A DNA stretch of 64,000 nucleotides from an uncultured Bacteroides sp. (GTDB lineage Bacteria; Bacteroidota; Bacteroidia; Bacteroidales; Bacteroidaceae), in NCBI GenBank assembly GCA_949289295.1, contig CASENM010000040.1:3055-67054 (forward strand), in the 5' to 3' direction. This document shows, one piece after another, positions 1 to 9,905 of the stretch. A model generated the notes under the pieces. That model did not search any database. It saw nothing but the letters and a program-made list of their open reading frames with translations, and was not told the DNA's origin. Both the position numbers and the translations under genes were made by a program. How positions within the stretch are numbered: the stretch's first letter is position 1; each line of letters starts with the position of its first letter.

Positions 1-1291
1 GCGGAGTGGCATTGGGAACTTCGATACCGATAGTTCCCTTTCCTGGAATCGGTGCGATAATGCGGATACCCAATGCGGAAAGGCTTAAGGCTATGTCGTC
101 TTCCAGATTGCGGATTTTTGAGATTCTGACACCTTCGGCCGGAGTGATTTCATAAAGTGTGATGGTAGGGCCTACGCTGGCCTTGATGGAACTGATTTCA
201 ATCCCGAAACTTCTCAACACTTTAATGATTCGGTTCTTGTTGGCCGTCTGTTCTTCCATATCGATAGTCGGCTCATGGTCGTTGAAATCATTCAGTAAGT
301 CGAGTGTGGGAAAATGGTAGTGCTCCAGATCCAGCCGAGGGTTGTAGGGCTGGTCTATTCGACCTCTGTATTCCTCGTCTTCTTCTTTTGTGACATCATT
401 TATTTCAAATTCAGGTTCGTTTTCAGGCTCGTTTTCTTCTTGCATTTCTTCCTCCGCCGGCAGTCGGGTTTCCTTAGCCGGCGTCCCTACGAAAGGGTGC
501 TTGTCATCATCTTCTTCTTTATCTGTTTCTTCGGTTGCTATTGTTGTCGTCTCTTCTGTCTGTTTTTCTTCTGTCTTGTAGCTTGTTGGCTGTGGTGCCT
601 GTACAGTTCCTGTTGCCGTATCCTTTTCTCCGGCAAGATTATCTGTTATTTTTGAGCCCTTTTTCTTCAGCGTGGGATGCAAAGCCGTACGGACTACGAA
701 CATCGTTTTCCGGCTTAATGCCACGCTGAACAGGATGGCGGTTCCCAGAAGCAGGAGAATCAGTCCCGGAACGCCGATTTGTGACTGAAGCCACAGACTG
801 ATTCGGTAGCCATGAAGTCCTCCCGGATAGATGAATGAATCGGAAAACAAATTGCTGAAAATGAATCCCAATGCTACCGACATCCATATCATAGTGATTG
901 TACAGCCGATGAACCATCGGATAAGGTTGAAGTTATAAGCTTTCATCAGCTTCATTCCAGCTACAATGAGGAAGAGGATAATCAGAAAAGCCGGGAAGCC
1001 GAATCCGTCGTTGATGAGGAATTGCGCAAGCTGTGCTCCTCTGGCTCCTGCATAATTTTGTATTTGGTTATTCGTTTCCAGCAGTTCCTGCCCGTTGGCT
1101 TGGGACAATATGCTTTGGTCGTACCCTCCCGTGACGAAAAACGAAGCGAAGGCCAGTACCATGTAAACTCCGAAAATTACGCATAACAGTCCGATGATGA
1201 AATGAGCTGTTTCGCTTTTCATGGCGGTTACGGTTTTTTTCAGCATTTCTTTTTTCTTTCCGTCGGGTTTTGTATTTGTTTTTTTCATCAT
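1..1291 (-). CDS. ftsK: DNA translocase FtsK/SpoIIIE, N-terminal part (runs off window start)
   Basis: Manual translation, absent from the ORF track because truncated: MMKKTNTKPDG...MKSETAHFIIGLLCVIFGVYMVLAFASFF (membrane domain) ...IYPGGLHG... and IAPIPGKGTIGIEVPN at the window edge, typical of FtsK. Confidence 0.93.
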   Translation of the reverse strand, partial: MMKKTNTKPDGKKKEMLKKTVTAMKSETAHFIIGLLCVIFGVYMVLAFASFFVTGGYDQSILSQANGQELLETNNQIQNYAGARGAQLAQFLINDGFGFPAFLIILFLIVAGMKLMKAYNFNLIRWFIGCTITMIWMSVALGFIFSNLFSDSFIYPGGLHGYRISLWLQSQIGVPGLILLLLGTAILFSVALSRKTMFVVRTALHPTLKKKGSKITDNLAGEKDTATGTVQAPQPTSYKTEEKQTEETTTIATEETDKEEDDDKHPFVGTPAKETRLPAEEEMQEENEPENEPEFEINDVTKEEDEEYRGRIDQPYNPRLDLEHYHFPTLDLLNDFNDHEPTIDMEEQTANKNRIIKVLRSFGIEISSIKASVGPTITLYEITPAEGVRISKIRNLEDDIALSLSALGIRIIAPIPGKGTIGIEVPNATP

Positions 1292-1323
1292 TCTTGAGCC
1301 TTGTTTTTTACTTATTTGTGGTG

Positions 1324-1371
1324 CAAATGTACGAATAAAACTAGAACTGAGAAATTTTTTTGTTACCTTTG
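1324..1371. promoter_or_regulatory. Divergent pair of Bacteroidetes -7 promoter elements (ftsK / DUF5063 operon)
   Basis: TACATTTG on the - strand (1324-1331) and TACCTTTG on the + strand (1364-1371) match TAnnTTTG. Confidence 0.65.
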
Positions 1372-1395
1372 CGCTTCAATTAAGAGCAGAATAAA

Positions 1396-2013
1396 ATGAA
1401 AGAGAATTCCACTCAAGCGATTTTTAATAAGAATACGGTAGAGTTTGTAACTGTAGCTGCCGAGTTTTGCGGCTTTTTAGAACGGGCTGCAGAATCAAAA
1501 CGTAGTCATTTTGTCGACACTGCGCTTAAACTTCTTTCCTTGTTGTATCTCAAGGCTTCTTTGTTGCCGGAATGCGGCCGGATAGACGAGGCTGATCCCG
1601 AGACATTTGTTACGGAAAATGATTATGAGAGCATCCGTTCAGCTGTAGCAGTTCTGTTGGGCGAACATGATGATTATCTAGAGGTGTTTCTGGATGATAT
1701 GGCCTACAGTGATTCGCCGATTCATCAGACGATATCTGAAGGCCTGGCCGACATTTACCAGCCCTTGAAAGATTTTATTTGTGTATTCCAGTTGGGGCTG
1801 CAACAGACGATGAACGACTCGATGGTTATCTGCCGTGAATTGTTCGCCGAGTTCTGGGGCCAGCGTCTGGTCAATGTGATGCGGGCACTCCATGATGTGA
1901 AATATCGCCAGCTGGCTCGAGAAAATACAGAGGGGGAAGACTCGGACATGTTTGAGGATTCATGCACTGAAGATGAACTTTATGCCGGTCTTGATATGGG
2001 TGATGATGAATAA
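1396..2013 (+). CDS. DUF5063-like conserved Bacteroidetes protein
   Basis: 205 aa ORF; N-terminal IFNKNTVEFVTVAAEFCGFLE resembles the DUF5063 family (recalled); acidic tail. Confidence 0.7.
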   Translation: MKENSTQAIFNKNTVEFVTVAAEFCGFLERAAESKRSHFVDTALKLLSLLYLKASLLPECGRIDEADPETFVTENDYESIRSAVAVLLGEHDDYLEVFLDDMAYSDSPIHQTISEGLADIYQPLKDFICVFQLGLQQTMNDSMVICRELFAEFWGQRLVNVMRALHDVKYRQLARENTEGEDSDMFEDSCTEDELYAGLDMGDDE

Positions 2014-2032
2014 CTTTAAATTTCAGAACAGG

Positions 2033-2653
2033 ATGATAGCGTTTTCTCCAAAAATAGACAGGGAAAAATTGGCGGGACTTCCTAAGGTGGATTTCCCGGG
2101 AAGAATTGTGATTGTTAATACCTTGCAGGGGGCACGATTGGCTGTGAATTATCTGAACACTCAGGATGTGGTAGGTGTAGACACGGAGACACGTCCTTCG
2201 TTTCGTAAAGGGATGAAGAAACATAAGGTCGCGCTTCTGCAGATTGCATCGGCAGATGTATGTTTCCTTTTTCGGCTGACTCATTTTGATATCCCTGATT
2301 TTCTGGAAGATTTCTTGCAGAATCAGGTGCTGAAAGTAGGACTTTCCTTGAAGGATGATTTTGACTCAATCCGTCACCGTAACAGTGGTGATCTGGCGAA
2401 AGGTAATTGGTTGGATTTACAGGATTATGTACCTCATTTCGGAATAGAAGAAAAGAGTCTGCAGAAAATTTATGCAGTGATTTTCGGGAAGAAAATATCC
2501 AAAGCCCAACGTTTGACCAACTGGGAGGCTGAACCTCTGACTTTTTCCCAGCAGTGTTATGCGGCGACTGATGCATGGGCTTGTTTGCATATTTATCAGT
2601 ATCTTGAAGATTTGAAAAAGAAGAATGAAATAAAAATATGTGGAATACAATGA
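2033..2653 (+). CDS. 3'-5' exonuclease (DEDDy, RNase D/WRN-like)
   Basis: ExoI GVDTETRP, ExoII SLKDD, ExoIII YAATDAW; start trimmed to ATG 2033. Confidence 0.88.
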   Translation: MIAFSPKIDREKLAGLPKVDFPGRIVIVNTLQGARLAVNYLNTQDVVGVDTETRPSFRKGMKKHKVALLQIASADVCFLFRLTHFDIPDFLEDFLQNQVLKVGLSLKDDFDSIRHRNSGDLAKGNWLDLQDYVPHFGIEEKSLQKIYAVIFGKKISKAQRLTNWEAEPLTFSQQCYAATDAWACLHIYQYLEDLKKKNEIKICGIQ

Positions 2654-3831
2654 AATCCGTTTTTTTGAAATCCGGGAAGGAAGAGTCCCTCAAACGGTTC
2701 CATCCTTGGGTGTTTTCCGGGGCCATTGCCCGTGTGGAAGGTGATCCGGAGGAGGGCGAGGTGGTTGATGTATATACTTCCGGTAAAGAGTTTGTGGCAC
2801 GTGGCCATTATCAGGTAGGGAGTATTGCGGTGCGCGTCCTGACATTTGTTCAGGAGCCTGTAGACCGGTCGTTCTGGGTACGTCGGCTTACTGTAGCGCG
2901 TGATATGCGCCGGGCACTTGGGCTTGTCGGGAATCCGCAAAGCGATACTTATCGTCTGGTGCATGGTGAGGGAGACAATCTGCCGGGGCTGATTATTGAT
3001 ATATACGGCCACACTGCCGTGATGCAGGCACATTCAGCCGGTATGCATCTTGACCGTATGGAGGTGGCCGATGCTTTATGTGAGGTAATGGGCGATGATG
3101 TGGAGCATATTTATTATAAGTCGGAGACAACTCTTCCTTTTAAGGCTGACCTGATGAGTACGGAGAATGGTTTTCTGAAGGGAGGCAGTCCGGAAAATGT
3201 GGCTATGGAAAATGGCTTGAGGTTTCATGTGGACTGGTTGAAAGGACAGAAAACCGGTTTCTTTGTTGACCAGCGTGATAACCGGGCATTGCTGGAGAGA
3301 TACTCAGCAGGACGCCATGTGCTCAATATGTTCTGTTACACAGGAGGTTTTTCATTTTATGCCTTACGTGGAGGGGCTGCACTGGTCCATTCAGTGGACA
3401 GTTCGTCGAAGGCCATTGATTTGACCAGACAGAATGTGGCGCTGAATTTCCCCGGCGATACTCGTCATGAGGCTTTTGCGGAAGATGCATTCAAGTTTCT
3501 CGACCGTATGGATAACCAGTATGACTTGATTGTGCTGGATCCGCCTGCTTTTGCCAAACACAGGGATGCCTTGCGCAATGCCTTGCGCGGCTATACCAAG
3601 CTCAATGCGAAGGCTTTCGAAAAAATCCGTTCGGGAGGGATTCTGTTCACGTTCTCCTGTTCGCAGGTAGTGAGCAAGCAGGACTTCCGTAATGCGGTGT
3701 TTACGGCTGCCGCGCAGAGTCGCCGTAGTGTACGCATTCTACACCAGCTGACCCAACCGGCTGACCATCCGGTGAATATCTATCATCCGGAGGGTGAGTA
3801 TCTGAAAGGGCTTGTGCTTTATGTGGAATGA
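2650..3831 (+). CDS. rlmI: 23S rRNA m5C1962 methyltransferase RlmI-like (PUA + SAM MTase)
   Basis: HPWVFSGAI, GQKTGFFVDQRDNR, FCYTGGFS, LDPPAF, FSCS motifs; ATG 2650 overlaps the upstream stop. Confidence 0.9.
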   Translation: MKSVFLKSGKEESLKRFHPWVFSGAIARVEGDPEEGEVVDVYTSGKEFVARGHYQVGSIAVRVLTFVQEPVDRSFWVRRLTVARDMRRALGLVGNPQSDTYRLVHGEGDNLPGLIIDIYGHTAVMQAHSAGMHLDRMEVADALCEVMGDDVEHIYYKSETTLPFKADLMSTENGFLKGGSPENVAMENGLRFHVDWLKGQKTGFFVDQRDNRALLERYSAGRHVLNMFCYTGGFSFYALRGGAALVHSVDSSSKAIDLTRQNVALNFPGDTRHEAFAEDAFKFLDRMDNQYDLIVLDPPAFAKHRDALRNALRGYTKLNAKAFEKIRSGGILFTFSCSQVVSKQDFRNAVFTAAAQSRRSVRILHQLTQPADHPVNIYHPEGEYLKGLVLYVE

Positions 3832-3869
3832 TTCTTGTCGGGCTTGACATCCGGTGATTTTATATCAAC

Positions 3870-3916
3870 TAGGCCACAGTATGCAAATGTAAGAGATTTT
3901 TGCGTACTGTGGCCTA
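3870..3916. terminator. Bidirectional hairpin between convergent genes
   Basis: 18-bp inverted repeat TAGGCCACAGTATGCAAA / TTTGCGTACTGTGGCCTA (one G-U pair). Confidence 0.7.
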
Positions 3917-3939
3917 TGATATAGGGCATTTTCCCTTTT

Positions 3940-4998
3940 CTACCTCATCTGTATTCCCGTTATCTCTCCGATATACATCTTGTAGGATTTTGAAGGATCA
4001 ATGGCTTGATTGAGCGATTTCAGCTCTTCGGCCGTCATTTCGTTCGACATTGCTTTCTTGCAGGAAATCGTGATGCTTGCTTGGGCATTTCCGGGCATGT
4101 AGAATGATACGGTGTATAATTCGGCATGTTCCGCAAGGGCACTGATGGCTATTTTACTTTGGTCGACCAGAATGTAGGCCACGTCCTTATTGAAAAGTTT
4201 TCCGAAGCCTCCCCAGTTTTCAGCCTTGATTTCTACTTCTTCTTCATTGGCGGTAAGAGTGATTCTTCCTTTTTCTGCTATCTCGTTCAGGTTAGCCGGA
4301 AGTTGTTCTATCTTGGCGTCTTTCAGCTCGCCGGACGGGTTTGCAGAAGAGACGGAAACTCGTGCGGGAACTTGCATGGCATTGGCTTCTATCATATTTG
4401 CTGCATTCGTCAGGGTATGTTGTCTGATGATGTCGGAAGCCGACTTGAACAGTGCATCTTTCAGGTCGATTGTTTCTCTTCTGAATTTTCCGCAGATAGG
4501 GGCCAGCTTTGTCTTTTTCTTGTTGAGTGCCATATCATCGGTAATCCATTCTTCAGCTGTATATTTCTGGCCTCCGTCACGGTTTTCGTCATACCAGTAT
4601 CTGATACGTGTCATGGTCATGCGGCATACGCCGTCCCCTGTATGGATGAGATACTGGTAATAGATACGTGTGCGGTCGAGCGACAGGGCACTCGACGAGA
4701 ATACCACATATTCTTCGGCCGAGACGGCTATGTCGCCTTTCGCCTTATCGGTGTAGACTACCCGGCTCGTCAGTTCTCCTTCCGGTTTGAAGCGTTCGTT
4801 GGCCCATCCGAGCATAAGGTCGTATAGTTCCGGTTGGGAAATAGATTCCACTTTTATTTCTGTCCCGAAACTGATTTTTCCATCATCGTCCAAAGTGACG
4901 GCTCCGGCGAGATATTTAGGGTCGGAGTTGTTCTTCTTGTCATCGGCAAATCCCAGCAAGGGGCATAGTGCCAGCAGGATAGATAAAATTATTTTCAT
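3940..4998 (-). CDS. Secreted DUF4468-like domain protein
   Basis: Signal peptide MKIILSILLALCPLLGFA; KYLAGAV...FSSSALSLDRTRIYY...IRYWYDE resembles Bacteroides DUF4468 proteins. Confidence 0.65.
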   Translation of the reverse strand: MKIILSILLALCPLLGFADDKKNNSDPKYLAGAVTLDDDGKISFGTEIKVESISQPELYDLMLGWANERFKPEGELTSRVVYTDKAKGDIAVSAEEYVVFSSSALSLDRTRIYYQYLIHTGDGVCRMTMTRIRYWYDENRDGGQKYTAEEWITDDMALNKKKTKLAPICGKFRRETIDLKDALFKSASDIIRQHTLTNAANMIEANAMQVPARVSVSSANPSGELKDAKIEQLPANLNEIAEKGRITLTANEEEVEIKAENWGGFGKLFNKDVAYILVDQSKIAISALAEHAELYTVSFYMPGNAQASITISCKKAMSNEMTAEELKSLNQAIDPSKSYKMYIGEITGIQMR

Positions 4999-5030
4999 GT
5001 GTTTGGCATTTTTCGGTGTGTTTGAAAGAT

Positions 5031-5069
5031 AAAAAGAGGTGAAGAAGCGTTGGGGTACACTTCTTCACC
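5031..5069 (-). terminator. Rho-independent terminator after tkt-rpiB
   Basis: On the - strand GGTGAAGAAGTGT-loop-ACGCTTCTTCACC followed by TCTTTTT. Confidence 0.75.
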
Positions 5070-5099
5070 CTCCGGAGTATTTTTACGGTAAAGGTCTCG

Positions 5100-5537
5100 T
5101 CATTGCTTTACCGGTATTTTATCCACACGTCTCTGATGCCGTCCTCCTTCGAAAGAAGCGTTGAAGAATTCGGTCATGATTTCATCAGCCATGTCGGTAT
5201 GGATGAACCGTCCCGGCATGACCAATATGTTGGCATCGTTGTGCTGGCGTGCCAGACGTGCGATTTCCGGTTTCCAACACAAGGCGGCACGTATTCCCTG
5301 GTGCTTGTTCAGGGTCATGCTGATGCCTTCTCCGCTTCCGCAGACGGCGATTCCCGGGTAACATTCTCCTTTTTCAACGGCAACGGCCAGCGGATGTGCA
5401 TAGTCCGGATAGTCACAGCTTTCGGAGGAATAAGTGCCGAAATCTTTATATTCCCACCCTTTGTTCTCCAGCCATTGCTTGACGTGCTCTTTCAATTCAA
5501 ATCCGGCATGGTCAGAAGCTAGTCCAATTATTTTCAT
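5100..5537 (-). CDS. rpiB: Ribose-5-phosphate isomerase B
   Basis: SDHAG, CDYPD, CGSGEG, ARQHNDAN, GGRHQRR motifs; TGATG coupling with tkt. Confidence 0.96.
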   Translation of the reverse strand: MKIIGLASDHAGFELKEHVKQWLENKGWEYKDFGTYSSESCDYPDYAHPLAVAVEKGECYPGIAVCGSGEGISMTLNKHQGIRAALCWKPEIARLARQHNDANILVMPGRFIHTDMADEIMTEFFNASFEGGRHQRRVDKIPVKQ

Positions 5538-7552
5538 CAGAGCATTGCTTTTACTTGGTTATATACATTTTCTGCAGTAAATCCCAGTTTCTCATCCAAC
5601 ACTTTGTAGGGTGCCGAGAAGCCAAATGACTCCAGACCCCATATTTTCCCGTTGGCACCTACCAGTCCCTGCAGGTTGACAGGCAGTCCGGCTGTAAGGC
5701 CGAACACTTTTGCTCCCGACGGGATAATGCTTTCCTGATAGTCTTTGCTTTGCGTGCGGAACAATCCTTCAGACGGGACAGACACGATGCGTGTCTTGAT
5801 ACCGTCTTTATGCAGCAGTTCCGCTCCGGCTGCCAGCGTTGACACTTCCGAACCGGAAGCAACCATCACCACGTCCGGATTTTCATCCGAACCGGCCACA
5901 ATATAGGCTCCTTTGGCAGCTTGTGAATAGTCGTTTCCTTCCGGCAACATGTTGACGTTCTGGCGCGAGAGAATCAGTGCGGTCGGGGTATCCGTATTTT
6001 CCATGGCCATTCTCCAGCAGACCGTGGTCTCTTCTACATCGGCCGGACGAAGAACCAGCATGGAGTTCTTTCCGCTGTGGTTTTTCAGTTTTTCCATCAG
6101 TCGGACCTGGGCTTCCTGCTCCACCGGTTCATGTGTCGGTCCGTCTTCACCCACGCGGAAAGCGTCGTGCGTCCAGATGAACTTGACGGGCAGTTCCATC
6201 AGAGCCGCCATGCGGATGGCCGGTTTCATATAGTCGGAGAATACGAAGAACGTGCCGCAAGCGGCGATTATTCCTCCGTGGAGTACCATTCCGATGCAGC
6301 AGCAAGCCATGGTCAGTTCGGCTACGCCTGCTTGCAGGAAAGCGCCGCTGAAGTCTCCGTTGACAAAGGCATGGGTCTGCTTCAGGAAGCCGTCGGTCTT
6401 GTCGGAGTTCGACAAATCAGCCGAAGCACAAATCATGTTGGGCACGTGCTGTGCCAGTATGCCCAATACGTTGGCCGATGCGTTGCGGGTTGCGTCGTTC
6501 GCTTTCTGCTGGATGTGGTCCCAGTCGATTTTGGGAGTCACGCCGCTGAACCATTCGTTTTGTTGTGCCGCTTTTTCCGGATTGGCTGCTGCCCAGGCTT
6601 TTTCTTCCTCATGGCGTGCGGCTACAATCTGCAGCAGCTCGGCTTCGCGTTTGGTGTAGATTTCCTTCACATCATCAAAGATGACAAACGGGTCGTCCGG
6701 ATTTCCTCCCAGGTTGATGATGGTGTTGGTGTATGCTTCGCCTCCCAGAGGTGCTCCGTGGGTCTTGCAGCTATGTTCGTATGAAGTGTTGTCGGCCTTG
6801 CGTGCGCCTTTGCCCATTACACAATGTCCGATAATCAATGTAGGACGTTTGTCTTCAGCTTTGGCCGCGTCAAGTGCCTTGCGGATTTCTTCACAGTCGT
6901 TCCCGTTTATTTCGAGAACGTTCCATCCCCATGCACGGTATTTCATGGCAGTGTCTTCCGAAGTGACCTCGCCCGTTTCCGTAGACAATTGTATGTCGTT
7001 GGCGTCATAGAACATGATCAGGTTGTCCAGTCCCAGATAGCCGGCGATGCGTCCGCTTCCCTGGGAGATTTCTTCCTGCACTCCTCCGTCTGAAATATAT
7101 GCGTAGATAGTTTCTTTTTCGAACGTCGGGTTTCCGGTCCGTGCTGCCAGGAATTTGGCCGCGATGGCTGCACCTACAGCAAAGGTGTGTCCCTGTCCCA
7201 GCGGTCCGGATGTGTTCTCAATGCCACGCTCCACGTCAACTTCCGGATGTCCGGGTGTAGGAGATCCCCATTGGCGCAGTTGTTTCAGTTCCTCTATTGA
7301 AAATTTGCCGATGAGAGCCAGCTGTGCATACAGCATCGGTGCCATGTGTCCCGGATCAAGGAAAAAGCGGTCGCGCCCTTCCCATTTGGGGTTTTGTGGG
7401 TCATATTGCAGATATTCTGAGTAGAGGACATTGATGAAGTCGGCTCCGCCCATTGCGCCGCCCGGGTGTCCGGATTTCGCTTTTTCTACCATTGAAGCAG
7501 CCAGAATACGAATGTTGTCGGCCGCATGGTCCATTGTTTGTTTGCTGTTCAT
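5537..7552 (-). CDS. tkt: Transketolase
   Basis: SGHPGGAMG, TPGHPE, SGPLGQG, SDGGVQE (ThDP motif), GEDGPTHEPVEQ. Confidence 0.97.
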   Translation of the reverse strand: MNSKQTMDHAADNIRILAASMVEKAKSGHPGGAMGGADFINVLYSEYLQYDPQNPKWEGRDRFFLDPGHMAPMLYAQLALIGKFSIEELKQLRQWGSPTPGHPEVDVERGIENTSGPLGQGHTFAVGAAIAAKFLAARTGNPTFEKETIYAYISDGGVQEEISQGSGRIAGYLGLDNLIMFYDANDIQLSTETGEVTSEDTAMKYRAWGWNVLEINGNDCEEIRKALDAAKAEDKRPTLIIGHCVMGKGARKADNTSYEHSCKTHGAPLGGEAYTNTIINLGGNPDDPFVIFDDVKEIYTKREAELLQIVAARHEEEKAWAAANPEKAAQQNEWFSGVTPKIDWDHIQQKANDATRNASANVLGILAQHVPNMICASADLSNSDKTDGFLKQTHAFVNGDFSGAFLQAGVAELTMACCCIGMVLHGGIIAACGTFFVFSDYMKPAIRMAALMELPVKFIWTHDAFRVGEDGPTHEPVEQEAQVRLMEKLKNHSGKNSMLVLRPADVEETTVCWRMAMENTDTPTALILSRQNVNMLPEGNDYSQAAKGAYIVAGSDENPDVVMVASGSEVSTLAAGAELLHKDGIKTRIVSVPSEGLFRTQSKDYQESIIPSGAKVFGLTAGLPVNLQGLVGANGKIWGLESFGFSAPYKVLDEKLGFTAENVYNQVKAML

Positions 7553-7578
7553 GTCGATTAGAATTGATGTTTTGATGG

Positions 7579-7586
7579 CAAAGTTA
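7579..7586 (-). promoter_or_regulatory. -7 promoter element of tkt-rpiB
   Basis: TAACTTTG on the - strand, 27 bp upstream of the ATG. Confidence 0.65.
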
Positions 7587-7984
7587 ACCTTTTATGCGCA
7601 TATAACCGCATGAGTGGGGCGATTTTCTTGCCATCTTTCTTCATTGTTGTTATATTTTGTGTGTTGTGCGGCTATAATGATGCATGACTGCCCGTCGGCC
7701 ATATTGTCGTCTGTTCCGGCAATTTTTTGCGGGCGTGCGCTTTTCTGGCAGCTGGGAGTGAAATGCCATTTTGGTTGAAGTTTCCGGGATTCTGCTTTCA
7801 GAAAGCATGTATATGACGTTTTCCGCTAACTGCGTTCCTCGCTGTTTTTGGTGGAACAGAAGGAGATTCTTAAAAAAACAATTATCTTACCCCTTCCGGA
7901 AGCCTTCTGGAGGGGGTGTTCCGGAAGAGTTTGTCGGTAAAAAAACATGTGTTTTTTCCGGAAAAATGCCGGAAAAGTTCAATG

Positions 7985-8046
7985 AAAACGTCGGGGCGTT
8001 TCAGGAAAAACGTTTCGGGCCTTTCGGGAAAACTCCGGTGCGTTTT
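7985..8046. repeat. Degenerate copy of the triple-hairpin 22-bp-period intergenic element
   Basis: Units at 7985, 8007, 8029: AAAACGTCGGGGCGTTTC, AAAACGTTTCGGGCCTTT, AAAACTCCGGTGCGTTTT. Confidence 0.7.
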
Positions 8047-8383
8047 CATGGGAGGGGAAATTTTGTCTGGATGGTTTCTGCAAATGGAAATGTCTGGGGT
8101 GTGAAAATGGTTTCCTGATGAGGTGGGTAGTGTATGATTGTTTGGCAAATAGCGTTTTTGCTTTCGTATGTCCTGTATTCTGTTTGAAAATATATCTTTC
8201 TGACTTTTTGGAAACGGTTCTCCTTTTGATTTTCCAGGCCGGACTTTGCCGGTGAGCGAAACAGACGATTCTCATGGCTTCCGGTTGTCATTTTGTCAAA
8301 CTGACATTTGTCAGAATGTACGGATGTTTTCTTGCAAGTGCCGAATTATTTGCTTTATTTTGCGTGGAATTAAACAAGAACGG

Positions 8384-9889
8384 ATGGAAGATTTTTGGTC
8401 GACAACGGTCCAGGTGGCCGGAGGTAAAGAGAACAGTCTGATTAACAGACGGATGATTTTCCGTATTCTGGGTATCCTGCTTCTGATAGAGGCGATGCTG
8501 TTTCTGGTATGCATGGGCGTATCGTTGTTTTACGGAGAGGACGATTACATTTATTTCGTATATACGGCATTGATAAATGCTGGTGTGGGCAGTGTGCTGA
8601 TTTTTCTGGGGCGTCATGCCAAGAATCTGGTGACACGGAGAGACGGTTACTGCATAGTAGCGTTCACATGGCTGCTTTTTACGGCTTTCGGAATGTTGCC
8701 TTTTTATATCAGCGGAAGTATTCCGGGATTGGCCGACGCTTTTTTTGAGACAATGTCGGGGTTCACCACTACAGGTGCCACCGTACTCGACGACATCGAA
8801 TCGTTGACCCACGGAATGCTGTTCTGGCGGAGCTTTACGCATTGGATCGGAGGTTTGGGAATCATCTTCTTTACAATCGTAGTTTTGCCGATTTTCGGAG
8901 TGGGCAATCAGGTTCTGTTCAAGGCGGAGGCTACAGGAGTCACGCATGACAAAATCCATCCGAAAGTAAGCATAATGGCCAAGTGGCTCTGGACGGTATA
9001 TTCTATTCTGACTCTCGTGGAAACCGTGCTGCTTGTATTCGGAGGGATGGGGTGGTTCGATGCGGTATGCCATGCTTTCGGCACGACTGCCACAGGAGGT
9101 TTTTCTACCAAGCAGGCCAGCGTGGCCTATTGGAATTCTCCGTTTATCGAGTACGTGATTGCCATTTTCATGATTCTTTCGGCGATGAATTTTTCCCTTT
9201 ATTTCATGTGTATGAAAGGACGTTTCGGACAGCTTTTCCGTGATGACGAAACGAAATGGTTCCTGGGGTCTATCCTCGCAGCCACCTTGCTGATTGCCGC
9301 TTCACTGGTGGTCCGTAACGGATACGGGATGGAAGAAGCGTTCCGCAAATCACTTTTCCAGGTGGCTACCCTGCACACTTCAAGCGGATTTGCTACTGAC
9401 GACTATATGAATTGGGCGCCTTTCACGTGGGTAATCTTGATTTATACGATGCTTGCGGGAGGATGTACGGGTTCTACCAGCGGCGGTATCAAGATGATGC
9501 GTCTGCTCATTGTGGTCCGGAATGTGAAGAATGAGTTCCGGCGTATGATGCATCCGCGGGCTGTGTTGCCGATAAAGGTGAACCGGATGGCTGTATCCCA
9601 GTCTACTGTGTCGGGAGTGAGCACCTTTATCCTGCTTTATTTGGGCTGTATATTCGTGGGCTGGTTGGTTTATATGTTTATGGGATTGGGACTGACTGAA
9701 GCGCTGAGTGTCACCGTGTCGAGCGTAGGAAATGCCGGTCTGGCTTTGGGTGCATTCGGACCGGCTTATTCATGGAACGCACTTCCCGAGGCCGGGAAGT
9801 GGCTTTCTTCATTCTTGATGCTTTTGGGGCGTCTGGAACTTTTCGGGATTCTTCTGATGTTTTCGCCCAGTTTCTGGAAAAAACGGTGA
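8384..9889 (+). CDS. trkH: TrkH family potassium uptake membrane protein
   Basis: FETMSGFTTTGAT, WIGGLG, TATGGFS, GGCTGSTSGGIK, GRLE; start at ATG 8384 or slightly downstream. Confidence 0.93.
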   Translation: MEDFWSTTVQVAGGKENSLINRRMIFRILGILLLIEAMLFLVCMGVSLFYGEDDYIYFVYTALINAGVGSVLIFLGRHAKNLVTRRDGYCIVAFTWLLFTAFGMLPFYISGSIPGLADAFFETMSGFTTTGATVLDDIESLTHGMLFWRSFTHWIGGLGIIFFTIVVLPIFGVGNQVLFKAEATGVTHDKIHPKVSIMAKWLWTVYSILTLVETVLLVFGGMGWFDAVCHAFGTTATGGFSTKQASVAYWNSPFIEYVIAIFMILSAMNFSLYFMCMKGRFGQLFRDDETKWFLGSILAATLLIAASLVVRNGYGMEEAFRKSLFQVATLHTSSGFATDDYMNWAPFTWVILIYTMLAGGCTGSTSGGIKMMRLLIVVRNVKNEFRRMMHPRAVLPIKVNRMAVSQSTVSGVSTFILLYLGCIFVGWLVYMFMGLGLTEALSVTVSSVGNAGLALGAFGPAYSWNALPEAGKWLSSFLMLLGRLELFGILLMFSPSFWKKR

Positions 9890-9905
9890 GAGAAGCTTTT
9901 GGCTT

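Noticed and set aside
7771-8291. Several 60-115 aa ORFs in the tkt-trkH gap (also 21314-21692 and 57129-57314)
   Set aside because: They read through the palindromic repeat elements (KTPRRF / NAEAF-type peptides), overlap on both strands and lack start context
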